A stretch of 64,000 bases of DNA from Vulcanimicrobiota bacterium (GTDB taxonomy: Bacteria; Vulcanimicrobiota; Vulcanimicrobiia; Vulcanimicrobiales; Vulcanimicrobiaceae). A model generated the notes under the pieces. It had not been told where the DNA came from, did not search any database, and saw nothing but the letters and a program-made list of their open reading frames with translations. Made by a program: the position numbers and the translations under genes. Of this stretch, positions 35,642 to 46,273 are shown piece after piece. Every line of letters begins with the position of its first letter. Position 1 is the first letter of the stretch. The DNA lies in assembly GCA_963820825.1 (NCBI GenBank), contig CAWGBN010000009.1, positions 1-64,000 of the forward strand, given 5' to 3'.

Positions 35642-36655
35642 CTATTGGTTGGACTGATAGATTTGATCGAAGACGCCGCCGTCGGCGAAGAACTGTTGCT
35701 GGGCTTTACGCCAGCCGCCGAACTTGTCGATGTCGACCAGCTTCATCGACGGGAACTGCGCGGCGTACCGGTGCGCCACCGAGGCGAGGCGCGGCCGGAA
35801 GTAATGACGCGCGATGATCTCTTGCCCTTGCGGTGTGAAGAGATACTGCAAGTACGCCTCCGCGACCGCGCGCGTCTGTTTCTTGGCGACCACGGCGTCG
35901 ACGAGCGCGACCGGCGGTTCGGCCAGGATGCTCAACGACGGCCGCACGATCTCGAAGCGCCCGACCCCGAGCTTGTCGACCGCTAGAAGCGCGTCGTTCT
36001 CCCAAGCGATCTCCACGTCGCCGATTCCGCGCTCCACGAAGGTTGTGGTCGAGCCGCGGGCGCCCGAGTCGAGGACGGGAACGTTTTTGTAGAGCTTGGT
36101 AACGAAGTCTTTGGCCGCGGCGGCGTTGTTGCCGTTATGCGCCAGCGCGTAGGCCCAGGCCGCCAAGAAATTCCAGCGGGCGCCGCCCGAGGTCTTGGGA
36201 TTCGGCGTAATCACCGCGACGCCGGGCTTTATGAGATCCTCCCAATCGCGGATGTGCTTGGGATTGCCTTGCCGCACGAGAAAGACGATGGTCGAGGTGT
36301 ACGGCGTGCTCTTATACGGCAGCCGCGTCTGCCAGTTGGGTGGAAGCAACTTCGCTCTGTCCGAAATCGCGTCGATGTCGTAGGCCAGCGCGAGGGTCAC
36401 CACGTCTGCTTGCAGACCGTCGATGACCGCTCGCGCCTGCTTTCCGGAGCCACCGTTTGATTGCTGCACGGTAACGCTCTGCCCCGTCTTCTTCTTCCAG
36501 TAGGCAGCGAAGACGGCGTTGTAGTCGTCGTACAGCTCGCGCGTCGGATCGTACGACACGTTGAGAATCGTCGTGGGTGAAGGGGCCGCGCCGGCGTTAA
36601 CCCCCAATGCCAGCGCCAGCGCGGCCGCGATGGATAGCCAGATAAATTTACGCAT
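35642..36655 (-). CDS. sbp: Sulfate-binding periplasmic protein
   Basis: [20 protein letters not shown]. Confidence 0.95.
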   Translation of the reverse strand: MRKFIWLSIAAALALALGVNAGAAPSPTTILNVSYDPTRELYDDYNAVFAAYWKKKTGQSVTVQQSNGGSGKQARAVIDGLQADVVTLALAYDIDAISDRAKLLPPNWQTRLPYKSTPYTSTIVFLVRQGNPKHIRDWEDLIKPGVAVITPNPKTSGGARWNFLAAWAYALAHNGNNAAAAKDFVTKLYKNVPVLDSGARGSTTTFVERGIGDVEIAWENDALLAVDKLGVGRFEIVRPSLSILAEPPVALVDAVVAKKQTRAVAEAYLQYLFTPQGQEIIARHYFRPRLASVAHRYAAQFPSMKLVDIDKFGGWRKAQQQFFADGGVFDQIYQSNQ

Positions 36656-36657
36656 GG

Positions 36658-38742
36658 TTAGAAATCGTACTCCAACATCGCTCGGTTGTATTTGAAGATC
36701 GGCAGACCGCCCAGGTAGGTCGCGCCGATTGAAGAGCCGGCCGGACAGTCGGTGGCCGCCGCTCCGCAATAGGTGTTCGAAAGGTAGCGCTCGCCGTAGC
36801 GATAGCGCAGGAGCAATCCGTGATACGGGCCTTTTCCGACGTGGCTGAAGTAATAGCGTCCGTCGAGCCACCAGATCTTGGTGTTTTCGGGCACGAGCGC
36901 GTTGTCGTAATCGTATCCGGCATCGGCCGCTTGAAATATCCACTTCTTATTGGTCGAGATGAACTGGAGCACCGTCTGCCACGAGGTACCCGGCGCACGC
37001 CGATCGACTTCGCCCTGCATGAAGTTTGTCGTATATAACGGATCGCTGGTCGTGTTATCCGTGTACGGGCTGGCCCAGCCGCCGTAGTAGATCGAGGTCG
37101 TCCCGTTCGGATTGGTAAAGCACTGGCCCGTGTTCAGCGGCAAGAAATAGGCGAGCGTCGCTTTTGCCGAGATTTGATAGTTTGAGTTGCTGCACGTCAC
37201 GCCCGACGGCAGATAGACGGTATCGTTATGCCATGGAATCGAATCGTAGGCGACCGTAAGCGAGATGTTCTTCGTGAAGTTTGCGCCGATTTGGGCGCCG
37301 ATCACCTGACTATCGATTTTGCCGAGATAGGATTGTCCGCTATTGTTCTCCCAGCCGCCTTGCATCGCAACGAACGGCGCCCATTTACCCGGGAAGGTGT
37401 ATCGGCCGTCAAACCACTGTATGTTGGCGAGATCGGCGATTTGATAGAAATAGCCGTTGACGCCCAGGCCGCTCCCGGATGGATTGTTATAGCCAACCCT
37501 GGCGTACGTAAAGCCGTTGGTTTGGATTCCATTGCCGCCCGGAACGATGATGTTGGACGGCAAGCCGCTACTGCCGGCCGGATAACTCGTCAGCAAGGTG
37601 TTCTGGGTGAACGACGAACTGGTGCGGCCCTCGAAGGCGAACATATCGGCCGCGCCGACCGTCCAACCCGACGGCGTCGTGTAGTTCAAATACGCGCCTT
37701 GGTACGCTTCAGGTTTTAAGCGCGTATCGGCCGGTCCCGCCCACGGCGTGTTGAAGAGCACGTTGCCCGCTTGACCGTCGAAACCGTGCGCCTTATAGCC
37801 GACGTAGGCCTGATAGAACGTGCTGAGCGTGAATCCGGGGAGCGTGTCGTCGGGGTTGGTGTTCGGCGGCGTCTGAATGACGCAGACGGCGCCTTTGGCG
37901 TGGTTTGCCGGAACGACGCACGGACCGTCGATGGGATTCGCGTACAGATACGTGCCGCCGACGTCGAAGCCGTTCGGAAAGTCATACTGCGCGTGCACGG
38001 CGATCGCGCTGTTCCAACTCGCCTGATTGACGCCGTTCGAGTTATATTTTGCGCCCGGTGAGAAGTTGAACCGCGTGCCGGGATTATTCGACGCATTCTG
38101 GCGCGTGAAGTAATACGAACGGAAGAATCCACCCAGCGTCAGCGGGTTCGGCGTCGGCCGAGGTGGCGGCGCGACCGTCGCCACCGGAGCCGGCGGCGAG
38201 GGGGCCTCGGTCGGCATCGGCACCGGTTCGACGTAGCGAACGATTACGAGCCGGCGGTCGGGCACCCACTGGACGTATCCGCCCATCCCTTCGGAGATCA
38301 CCCGAATCGGCACCATCACGACGCCGTGATAGACCATCGGCGGAACGTCGAGCGGACGCGATTCGCCGTTCACGACCACCTCGGCTTTGCCGACGGTGAC
38401 GACGACTTCGGCGCCGGGCTTCGAGATGGTGGCGATCTTGGTGGACGGGTCGTACGAGACGCTCGCGCCCATCTGCTCGAACATCGAGCGCAGCGGCACG
38501 TAGATCGCACCGTTGCGCGCGTAGGCCGCGAGCACGCGTCCCTGCTTGAGCAGGTCGGGAGTGGCGTACACGTGGCGGTCGTTATAGAGGATCGGGATCT
38601 CGCCGGCGGGCGGCGAGCCGAAATCGGGCGGCGCCGGAGAAGCGGCTTGCGCGATAGGCGCCGCCTGCGATTGGGCCGCTGCAGGGATCGTGCCGCCAAG
38701 AAGCACTACCGCAAAGCCGAGAGCAGCGAATAGGGACTTCAT
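36658..38742 (-). CDS. Copper amine oxidase N-terminal-like domain plus putative outer-membrane beta-barrel (copy A)
   Basis: Signal peptide, [26 protein letters not shown] domain, Pro linker, aromatic-rich beta region ending EYDF. Confidence 0.7.
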   Translation of the reverse strand: MKSLFAALGFAVVLLGGTIPAAAQSQAAPIAQAASPAPPDFGSPPAGEIPILYNDRHVYATPDLLKQGRVLAAYARNGAIYVPLRSMFEQMGASVSYDPSTKIATISKPGAEVVVTVGKAEVVVNGESRPLDVPPMVYHGVVMVPIRVISEGMGGYVQWVPDRRLVIVRYVEPVPMPTEAPSPPAPVATVAPPPRPTPNPLTLGGFFRSYYFTRQNASNNPGTRFNFSPGAKYNSNGVNQASWNSAIAVHAQYDFPNGFDVGGTYLYANPIDGPCVVPANHAKGAVCVIQTPPNTNPDDTLPGFTLSTFYQAYVGYKAHGFDGQAGNVLFNTPWAGPADTRLKPEAYQGAYLNYTTPSGWTVGAADMFAFEGRTSSSFTQNTLLTSYPAGSSGLPSNIIVPGGNGIQTNGFTYARVGYNNPSGSGLGVNGYFYQIADLANIQWFDGRYTFPGKWAPFVAMQGGWENNSGQSYLGKIDSQVIGAQIGANFTKNISLTVAYDSIPWHNDTVYLPSGVTCSNSNYQISAKATLAYFLPLNTGQCFTNPNGTTSIYYGGWASPYTDNTTSDPLYTTNFMQGEVDRRAPGTSWQTVLQFISTNKKWIFQAADAGYDYDNALVPENTKIWWLDGRYYFSHVGKGPYHGLLLRYRYGERYLSNTYCGAAATDCPAGSSIGATYLGGLPIFKYNRAMLEYDF

Positions 38743-38835
38743 TACGAGAAGGGTCCTCCTGCTAAAGAAAGAGACTCGCGTCAACTTCCCGCTCCATTAT
38801 AGATAACCTTGGTCAATAACCAAAGTTTTTAAATT

Positions 38836-38870
38836 AAGAAACCGCCCCCGGGCAATAGGCCCGAGGGCGG
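38836..38870 (-). terminator. Intrinsic terminator after porin copy B
   Basis: CCGCCCTCGGGC/GCCCGGGGGCGG hairpin followed by TTTCTT on the minus strand. Confidence 0.65.
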
Positions 38871-38895
38871 CGGAAGGCTCGTTGCGAGGGGCTTC

Positions 38896-40983
38896 CTAGA
38901 AGTCGTACTCGAGCTGAGCGCGGTTGTACTTAAAGAGCGGCAGGCCGCCGAAGTAGGTGGACCCGATCGAGGACCCTGCTGGGCAGTTGGTCGCCGCCGC
39001 GCCGCAATAGGTGTTGGAGAGCGTGCGGTCCATATACCGGTAGCGTAGCGTCAGACCACGATACGGTCCCGGCTTCACCGCGCTGAAGTGATAGAGGCCG
39101 TCGAGCGTCCAGTCGCGGGTATCTTCCGCCGAGAGCGCGTTCCCGTAGTTGTACCACGCGTCGGTCGCGATGAAGACCCACTTCTTGTTCGTCGACGTGA
39201 ACTGCAGCGCGAGTTTCCACGAGCTGCCCGGCGCGCGGCGATCGGCCATGCCTTGATCGATGCTGGTCGTGAACAACGGGTCGGTTGCGTATGCGTCGGT
39301 GTACGGGCTCGCCCATCCGCCGTAGTATATCTGCGTCGTGCCGTTGGCGTTGTTGAAGCACTGTGCGGCGTTCGACGGTAGGAAGTATGCGAGCGTGGCG
39401 CCCTTGGCCGTGATCTGATAGTTCGAGTTACTGCAGGTTACGTTCTTCGGAAGGAACACGGTGTCGGTCTTCCACGGAATCTGGTCGTAGCCGGCGGTAA
39501 AGAGCAGGTTCTTGGTGATATGGGCGCCGATCTGCGCGCCGAAGACCTGGCTGTCGATCTTTCCGACAAATGACTTGCCGTTATTGCTTTCGCTTCCGCC
39601 TTGAAGGGCGATGTACGGCTTCCACGGACTCTGGCCGAACGTATACTGCGCGTCACCCCACCACATCGTGACGATGTCGCTGACGCCGTAGAAGTAGCCG
39701 TTTACGGCAATTCCATTTGGATTGTCGTAGCCGAGCTTCCCGAAGGTAAATCCGTCGGTGTTGATACCGTTACCGTTAGGCAGGTAGATGTTCGAAGCGA
39801 GGCCGGGGTTGCCGGCGGGATAGCTCGTGAGCAGGGTCTGCTGCGTGAACGACGAGCTCGTCCGGTTCTCGAAGGCGAACATATCGGCACCTTCGATGGT
39901 CCAGTACGACGGCGCGGTGTAACTGAGATAGGCGCCCTGGAAGGCGGCCGGCTTGATGCGCGAATCCGACGGATTCGCCCACGGCGTGGTGAAGAGCACG
40001 TTGCCGAGCTGACCGTCGAAACCGTGCGCCTTATACCCGGCGTACGCTTGATAGAACGTGCTCAGCGTGAATCCGGGGAGCGTGTCGTCGGGGTTGGTGT
40101 TCGGCGGCGTCTGAATGACGCAGACGTTGCCTTTGAGGTGATTGGCCGGGACGACGCACGGGCCGTCGATGGGATTTGCGTAGAGATACGTGCCGCCGAT
40201 ATCCCAGCCGTTGGGAAAGTCGTACTGGCCGTGAAGCGCGATTCCGTAGTTTAGACTCGCCTGGTTGACGCCGTTGGAATTATATTTGGCGCCGGGTGAA
40301 AAGTTGAACTGCGTACCGGGATTATTCGACGCATTCTGGCGCGTGAAGTAATACGAGCGGAAGAATCCGCCCAGCGTCAGCGGATTCGGCGTTGAGGGCG
40401 GCGGCGGCGCGACCGTCGCCGCGGGAGCGGGTGGCGGCGGCGCCTCGGTCGGCGGCGGCGTCGCTTCGACGTAGCGTACGACGACCAAGCGCCGGTCGGG
40501 CACCCACTGGACGTATCCGCCCATCCCTTCGGAGATCACCCGAATCGGAACGAGCACGACGCCGTGATAGACGATCGGCGGAACGTCGAGCGGACGCGAT
40601 TCGCCGTTCACGATCACCTCGGCTTTACCGACCGTAACGACGACTTCGGCGCCGGGCTTGGAGATCGTAGCGATTTTGGTGGACGGGTCGTAGGAGACGC
40701 TCGCGCCCATCTGCTCGAACATCGAGCGCAGCGGCACGTAGATCGCACCGTTGCGCGCGTAGGCCGCGAGCACGCGTCCCTGCTTGAGCAGATCGGGAGT
40801 GGCGTAGACGTGACGATCGTTATAGAGAATCGGAATTTCGCCCGAAGGCGGTGCGCCGAAATCGGCCGGCGAAGCGGACGTCTGCGCCACTGGTGTCGCC
40901 TGCGTTTCCGCCAGCGCCGAAGACGTGCCGATTAGAACCATCGCCGCTGCGGCAGGCGCAGCGCGCAAAAGGATGCGTATCAC
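38896..40983 (-). CDS. Copper amine oxidase N-terminal-like domain plus putative outer-membrane beta-barrel (copy B)
   Basis: Close paralog of 36658-38742; ends EYDF. Confidence 0.7.
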   Translation of the reverse strand: MIRILLRAAPAAAAMVLIGTSSALAETQATPVAQTSASPADFGAPPSGEIPILYNDRHVYATPDLLKQGRVLAAYARNGAIYVPLRSMFEQMGASVSYDPSTKIATISKPGAEVVVTVGKAEVIVNGESRPLDVPPIVYHGVVLVPIRVISEGMGGYVQWVPDRRLVVVRYVEATPPPTEAPPPPAPAATVAPPPPSTPNPLTLGGFFRSYYFTRQNASNNPGTQFNFSPGAKYNSNGVNQASLNYGIALHGQYDFPNGWDIGGTYLYANPIDGPCVVPANHLKGNVCVIQTPPNTNPDDTLPGFTLSTFYQAYAGYKAHGFDGQLGNVLFTTPWANPSDSRIKPAAFQGAYLSYTAPSYWTIEGADMFAFENRTSSSFTQQTLLTSYPAGNPGLASNIYLPNGNGINTDGFTFGKLGYDNPNGIAVNGYFYGVSDIVTMWWGDAQYTFGQSPWKPYIALQGGSESNNGKSFVGKIDSQVFGAQIGAHITKNLLFTAGYDQIPWKTDTVFLPKNVTCSNSNYQITAKGATLAYFLPSNAAQCFNNANGTTQIYYGGWASPYTDAYATDPLFTTSIDQGMADRRAPGSSWKLALQFTSTNKKWVFIATDAWYNYGNALSAEDTRDWTLDGLYHFSAVKPGPYRGLTLRYRYMDRTLSNTYCGAAATNCPAGSSIGSTYFGGLPLFKYNRAQLEYDF

Positions 40984-41040
40984 GATATTTGGTTCTCCTG
41001 GAGAGCATTGAGGGGTCTGTTAACGAGTCTAGCGCTCGGC

Positions 41041-41070
41041 GATTAAGGTCTTCTTAACTACCGCTTAAGC
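41041..41070 (-). promoter_or_regulatory. Putative Pho-box-like triple repeat
   Basis: TTAA at 41043, 41054 and 41065 (11-bp period) upstream of copy B, next to phoB/phoR/pstB. Confidence 0.5.
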
Positions 41071-41098
41071 GGAGATACCGGAAGCGACGCGACGGACG

Positions 41099-41914
41099 TT
41101 ATCCGAATCGGCCGGTAATGTAATCCTCGGTCCGCTTGTCTTTGGGCTTGGTAAAGATCGCGGCGGTCGTGTCGGCCTCGACCAGCTCGCCGAGCAGAAA
41201 GAAGGCGGTATTGTCGCTGATTCGTGCGGCTTGCTGCATCGAATGGGTCACGATGACCACGGTGTACTGATTCTTGAGCTCCTCGATCAGGTCTTCGATC
41301 TTGCCGGTGGCGATCGGGTCGAGCGCCGAGGCGGGCTCGTCCATCAGAATCACCTCGGGATCGACCGCGAGGCAGCGGGCGATGCAGAGGCGCTGCTGCT
41401 GTCCGCCCGAGAGGTCGAGCGCGGATCGATCGAGACGATCTTTCACTTCGTCCCACAGCGCGGCTTGGCGCAGACTGCGTTCGCAGATCTCGGTCAACTG
41501 CGACGCGCTGCGCTCGCCGTGAATTCGCGGGCCGTAGACGACGTTGTCGTAAATCGATTTCGGAAACGGATTCGGGCGCTGAAAGACCATCCCGATCCGG
41601 TAACGGATCGTTACCGGATCGATCTCCGGTGCGTAGATGTCGCGATCGTCGAGCAGCACCTTTCCTTCCACGCGCGCGCCCGGCGTAAGATCGTGCATGC
41701 GGTTGAGCGCGCGAATGAAGGTGGACTTGCCGCATCCCGACGGGCCGATGAGCGCCATGACGCGGTGAACGGGAACGTGCAGCGAGGCGTCTTTGATTGC
41801 ACGAAAAGCGCCGTAGTAGACGTTGAGATTCTCGACGTCCATCTTCGCTTGCACCGAGAGTGCCGCCGGATCCTCGACGTGGGTAAACATCTTCTCCGCC
41901 GCTTCGTCGCTCAC
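41099..41914 (-). CDS. pstB: Phosphate ABC transporter ATPase
   Basis: [27 protein letters not shown]. Confidence 0.95.
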   Translation of the reverse strand: MSDEAAEKMFTHVEDPAALSVQAKMDVENLNVYYGAFRAIKDASLHVPVHRVMALIGPSGCGKSTFIRALNRMHDLTPGARVEGKVLLDDRDIYAPEIDPVTIRYRIGMVFQRPNPFPKSIYDNVVYGPRIHGERSASQLTEICERSLRQAALWDEVKDRLDRSALDLSGGQQQRLCIARCLAVDPEVILMDEPASALDPIATGKIEDLIEELKNQYTVVIVTHSMQQAARISDNTAFFLLGELVEADTTAAIFTKPKDKRTEDYITGRFG

Positions 41915-41959
41915 GGCGTCCGGGCCCGTCCTGCGTTAAGAACGTTAAGACGCACTACA

Positions 41960-43150
41960 TTACGCTCCGCTCTCTCGCTTGATGCGCATGATCGGCAAGC
42001 GAATCGTAAACGAAGTCCCGCGGCCGAGCATCGACTCGGCCGAGATCGCACCGCCGTGCGCGTCGACGATTCCCTTGACGATCGCGAGTCCCAGGCCGGC
42101 GCCGCCGCTACCGCGCGTGCGCGAGCGATCCACCACGTAAAAGCGCTCGAAGATATGGGGCAGATCGCGATACGGAATGCCCTCGCCGGTATCGCGAACG
42201 CGCAGCACCGCGTCGCTGTCGCGGGCGTCGAGCTCGACGCGGATTCGCCCGCCTCCCGACGTGTGGCGCAACGCGTTGTCGATTAAGTTCACGAAGACTT
42301 GGGCGAGCCGGTCCGGATCGACCTCGACGCGCACCGGACGCAGCGCGGCCAGTTCGAGCGAGATGCCTTTATTCGAAGCCTGCTGCTCGAACGAAGCGAC
42401 GATCGGCCGCGCCACCTCTTCGAGATCGACGTCGCGGAGATGGAGCTTGAGTTGACCCGACTCCGCGCGCGCCTGTTCGAGAAGCTGATCGACGAGCGCG
42501 GTGAGCCGGTCGACCTGCGCGAGCGCCTGCGGCACGAAGAGATCGCGCGCCTCTTCTTCGGGCGCCTCGAGCACCGTTTCGAGCATCAGCTTGATCGACG
42601 AGAGCGGCGTGCGTAACTCGTGCGAAACGTTGGAGAGAAACTCCTTACGCGCGCGATCGAGACGCAAGAGCGCCGTCTGATCGTCGGAGAAGATTACGAC
42701 GCGGCGCGAGTCGGCGCCGTTCTCGGTGAGCGGGTAGACCGAGACGCGATAGGTTCGTTGGCCGGAGGCGCCGGTCAGCAGCAGCGGCGCGACGGAGGCT
42801 TCGCCGCGCAGCGCGTCGCCGATTCTGCGCTCCAGCTCGACGTTCGGTATCGCCTCGATGACGTGCAGATTGAGCGCGCGATCGGGATCGAAGCCGAAGG
42901 TCGTTCCCGCCGCGGCATTCGCGAACTCGACGTGACAGGTGCGGTCGACGAGGACGACGCCGATCGGAAGCGCGCGCACCAGCCGGGCGAATGCGCTATC
43001 GACCGAAATAGCAGCGCCGGCCGATTCGATTCGAGGCACCGGCTCGGCAAGCGGCGATCCTCGCTCCGGCGCCGCACGCAGGCGCGCAACGGCGAAGCCG
43101 CCGGCGAGCCCTACGGCGAGCGCGAGCAGCGACCACTCGATCGGGGTCAA
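41960..43150 (-). CDS. phoR: PAS histidine kinase (PhoR-like)
   Basis: NVSHELRTPL, NLIDNA, FERFYVVDRSR, GLGLAI. Confidence 0.8.
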   Translation of the reverse strand: MTPIEWSLLALAVGLAGGFAVARLRAAPERGSPLAEPVPRIESAGAAISVDSAFARLVRALPIGVVLVDRTCHVEFANAAAGTTFGFDPDRALNLHVIEAIPNVELERRIGDALRGEASVAPLLLTGASGQRTYRVSVYPLTENGADSRRVVIFSDDQTALLRLDRARKEFLSNVSHELRTPLSSIKLMLETVLEAPEEEARDLFVPQALAQVDRLTALVDQLLEQARAESGQLKLHLRDVDLEEVARPIVASFEQQASNKGISLELAALRPVRVEVDPDRLAQVFVNLIDNALRHTSGGGRIRVELDARDSDAVLRVRDTGEGIPYRDLPHIFERFYVVDRSRTRGSGGAGLGLAIVKGIVDAHGGAISAESMLGRGTSFTIRLPIMRIKRESGA

Positions 43151-43887
43151 GCTTTGAACATGTAACCGCGACTGCGAACCGTCAAGATGTGACGCGGCGC
43201 GCGCGAATCTTCTTCGATCTTTTCGCGCAGCCAGCGAATATGGACGCTGACGGTCTGCTGCTCGCCTTCGAAATCGTAGCCCCAAACCTTGTCGAGCAGC
43301 GTCTGCCGCGTCACGACGCGTCCGTGGTTCTCCATCAACACGCGCAGGAGCCCGAACTCCTTCGGAGCGAGCGCGACCTCTTTGCCGCGAACCGTGAGCT
43401 GCTGGCGAGACGGATCGAGGACGATCTCACCGAGCGCGATCGCTTCGTCGTGGCCGGAGTGCATCGAAGCTTGGCGGCGCAGGCGCGCCTTCACGCGAGC
43501 CAAGAACTCGTGGAGCGCGAAGGGCTTGGTGACGTAATCGTCGGCGCCGAGCTCGAGGGCCAGGACCTTGTCGATCTCTTGATCCTTCGCGGTCAGCATG
43601 ATGATCGGGACGGGACTGAACTTGCGAATCTCTTTGCACGCCTCGACGCCGTCGAGAACCGGAAGCATGATGTCGAGCACGATCAGGTCGGGCTGCTCGC
43701 GCTGCGCCATCGCGATTGCGCTGCGGCCGTCACCGGCGGTAACCACCGCATAACCGCTGCGCTCCAAGTTGAAGCGCAAGGTCTGAAGGATCGCTGACTC
43801 GTCGTCCACGACCAGGATCTTCTTATTGAAGTCCGGGCCTTTAGCCGGCGCCGTGCGCGGCGGCTTCGCTTCCGTTGTTACGTTCAT
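43147..43887 (-). CDS. phoB: OmpR-family response regulator (PhoB/PhoP-like)
   Basis: LDIMLP, GADDYVTKPF, winged helix; upstream of the kinase and pstB. Confidence 0.75.
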   Translation of the reverse strand: MNVTTEAKPPRTAPAKGPDFNKKILVVDDESAILQTLRFNLERSGYAVVTAGDGRSAIAMAQREQPDLIVLDIMLPVLDGVEACKEIRKFSPVPIIMLTAKDQEIDKVLALELGADDYVTKPFALHEFLARVKARLRRQASMHSGHDEAIALGEIVLDPSRQQLTVRGKEVALAPKEFGLLRVLMENHGRVVTRQTLLDKVWGYDFEGEQQTVSVHIRWLREKIEEDSRAPRHILTVRSRGYMFKA

Positions 43888-44746
43888 ACGCCTTTACGAT
43901 CGCGCTGTAATCGAGCGCGCCGTCCCCCTGATCGGAGCGAGCAGTGTAGAGCTGGTACGCCAGCCCGGTGGCCGGCATCGGATATTTGAGCGCCCGAGCC
44001 GCGTCGAGTGCGGCGGCGAGATCCTTACGCAGGAGATCGAGCGCGAAGCCTCCGTCGAACGATCCCGCAAGCCACGTTTTCGGCAGCCATTCCGAGAGCA
44101 GGTAGTTCGACGCAGTCGCCGTGGCCAGCACGCTTCGCACGGCGTCGAGATCCGCGCCGGCACGCGCTGCAAAGACTAGGCCTTCCGCGTTCGCGATCAT
44201 AACGTTGGAAATGATAATCTGGTTGACGAGCTTGACGGTTTCGCCCATGCCGGGCGGGCCGAGATGGTGCGGGGTGCCCATCGCGCGCAGGACCGGCTCC
44301 GCCCTCGCGAACGCTTCCGGCGAGGCTCCGGCCATGATCGTCAGCGTCCCCTCGCGCGCGCGCGCCGGACCACCGCTCACCGGTGCGTCGATGAAATCGA
44401 TTCCGAGTGTAGCGAGGCGCTCGGCGAAACCGCGCGACGCGACCGGCGAAATCGTCGACATGTCGATGACGAGCAGGCCCGGCTTGGCTCCCTTGGTGAC
44501 GCCGCGCTCACCGAACAGCGCATCCTCGACGTTCGGCACATCGGGAACGCTCAGGATCACGGCATCGGCACGCGCCGCGAGCTCGGCAGGATCGGCGGCC
44601 TCCTCGATGCCCGCTTCGCGCAAACGTTCGAGCGCCTCGCGGCGCCGGTGCACGCTTGCGATCACCTCGAAGCCGGCGCGACGCAGCGCGGCGGCCATCG
44701 GCTCGCCCATCGCGCCCAATCCGACGAATCCGACACGCGCAATCAC
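43841..44746 (-). CDS. 3-hydroxyisobutyrate dehydrogenase-family oxidoreductase
   Basis: GFVGLGAMG, DAPVSGG, KLVNQ. Confidence 0.85.
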   Translation of the reverse strand: MIARVGFVGLGAMGEPMAAALRRAGFEVIASVHRRREALERLREAGIEEAADPAELAARADAVILSVPDVPNVEDALFGERGVTKGAKPGLLVIDMSTISPVASRGFAERLATLGIDFIDAPVSGGPARAREGTLTIMAGASPEAFARAEPVLRAMGTPHHLGPPGMGETVKLVNQIIISNVMIANAEGLVFAARAGADLDAVRSVLATATASNYLLSEWLPKTWLAGSFDGGFALDLLRKDLAAALDAARALKYPMPATGLAYQLYTARSDQGDGALDYSAIVKAYERNNGSEAAAHGAG

Positions 44747-44809
44747 GTGCGGCCCCTTTGGGCGCTGGCTCAGGATAACCTTCGGGGGGCGGCGAAGCCG
44801 CTGGCTACT

Positions 44810-45736
44810 ATGACAGCAACCGCCACGCCAACGACTGCTCGCCCGACCTTCGACGCTATGAACCTTTCGATCGGGAAGCGCACCCGCTTGCACCGCCTGA
44901 TGTACGAACACGGCCCGGCAAACGGTACGCTCATGATGTTGCCGATCGACCAGGGTCTCGAGCACGGTCCGGTCGACTTCTTCGACAATCCCGATGCGCT
45001 CGACACCGATTGGATCTACCGGCTGGCGGTCGAAGGGAACTTCTCGGGAATCGCGCTTCACGTCGGCCTCGCCGAGAAGTATCAGAAGCACTACGCCGGA
45101 CGCGTTCCGCTCCTGCTCAAGGTCAACGGTAAGACGAACATTCCGCCGGACGACGAAGCGTTCAGTCCGCTCACGTCATCGGTCGAAGATGCCATCCGTT
45201 TGGGCGCCGACGCGGTCGGCTATACCCTCTACGTCGGAAGCCCCGCGCAAGAGCTCGACATCGCGCAGTGCAACGACGTGCGGCGCGACTGCGATCGCTA
45301 CGGCATGCCGCTGGTGATCTGGGCCTACCCCCGCGGTTCGGCCGTCAAGGCGAAGGGCGGGATCGATTCGCTCTACGCCGTCGACTACGCCGCGCGGGTC
45401 GCCTGCGAGATGGGCGCCGACGTCATCAAGCTCAACGAGCCGGTCTGGAAGCCCGACGACGCCGAGAAACTTCCCAAGCCGTACAACACGCTCGCCTTCG
45501 AAGACGTCGACGGGCTGCGCAAGGTCGTCAAATCGGCCGGGCGCAGTCTCGTGCTCGTCTCGGGCGGAAGCAAGATGGGCGACGAAGCGACAATCCACAA
45601 AGCGCATATCGCGATGGCGGCCGGCTGCGTCGGCCTGATCTTCGGACGCAACATGTGGCAGCGCAAATGGGATCAGGCGCTCGGCATGGCGTCGCAGATT
45701 CACGACGTCATGAAAGAGTACGGCCAGCGGCAGTAA
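44810..45736 (+). CDS. fbaB: Class I fructose-bisphosphate aldolase (DhnA type)
   Basis: LPIDQGLEHGP, WAYPRG, GADVIK, GRNMWQR. Confidence 0.88.
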   Translation: MTATATPTTARPTFDAMNLSIGKRTRLHRLMYEHGPANGTLMMLPIDQGLEHGPVDFFDNPDALDTDWIYRLAVEGNFSGIALHVGLAEKYQKHYAGRVPLLLKVNGKTNIPPDDEAFSPLTSSVEDAIRLGADAVGYTLYVGSPAQELDIAQCNDVRRDCDRYGMPLVIWAYPRGSAVKAKGGIDSLYAVDYAARVACEMGADVIKLNEPVWKPDDAEKLPKPYNTLAFEDVDGLRKVVKSAGRSLVLVSGGSKMGDEATIHKAHIAMAAGCVGLIFGRNMWQRKWDQALGMASQIHDVMKEYGQRQ

Positions 45737-45737
45737 T

Positions 45738-45998
45738 TTAGTGCGCGGGCGCTTGGGTAGCGCACTGGGCGCATTGGTAACCGACGGCGCCACCATGTTG
45801 CTGCGGCACCATTTGTTCGAGCGAACCGCGGCGACCGCAGACTGCGCATGCGTAGGTCGTCGCACCGCTGCCGTGCGCGGCCGCACTCGATTCGCCCCGC
45901 TTGGCAACCCAAAACGAGCCGTAGATGATCAAGCCGATTACCGGCGGGGCCCATGCGAAGAACGAGTCGAAGGTGTGGCTCGAGATCTCGGCGATCAC
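45738..45998 (-). CDS. Small membrane protein with CxxC/CxxC Zn ribbon
   Basis: One TM helix, CAVC...CAQC; overlaps the ferredoxin stop. Confidence 0.6.
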   Translation of the reverse strand: MIAEISSHTFDSFFAWAPPVIGLIIYGSFWVAKRGESSAAAHGSGATTYACAVCGRRGSLEQMVPQQHGGAVGYQCAQCATQAPAH

Positions 45999-46237
45999 TT
46001 CCTAAAATACTCGGCGTTGACTTCCGTGTAGTTCTGCCACTTCTCGGGCACGTCCGAATCGGCGAAGATCGCCTCTACCGGGCAGGCCGAGACGCAGGCG
46101 CCGCAATCGATGCAGACTTCCGGATCGATGTACAGCATTTCGTCTTCATCCTTGCCGTGAATGCAGTCGACGGGACAGACGTCCACGCACGACTTATCCT
46201 TGGTGCCGATACACGGCTCGGTGATAACGTAGGCCAT
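45995..46237 (-). CDS. Ferredoxin (7Fe/8Fe type)
   Basis: CVDVCPVDC, CIDCGACVSACP. Confidence 0.93.
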   Translation of the reverse strand: MAYVITEPCIGTKDKSCVDVCPVDCIHGKDEDEMLYIDPEVCIDCGACVSACPVEAIFADSDVPEKWQNYTEVNAEYFRK

Positions 46238-46273
46238 AGATTTTCAGCTTCCCTCGGTGGGCGACGGCGCCCT

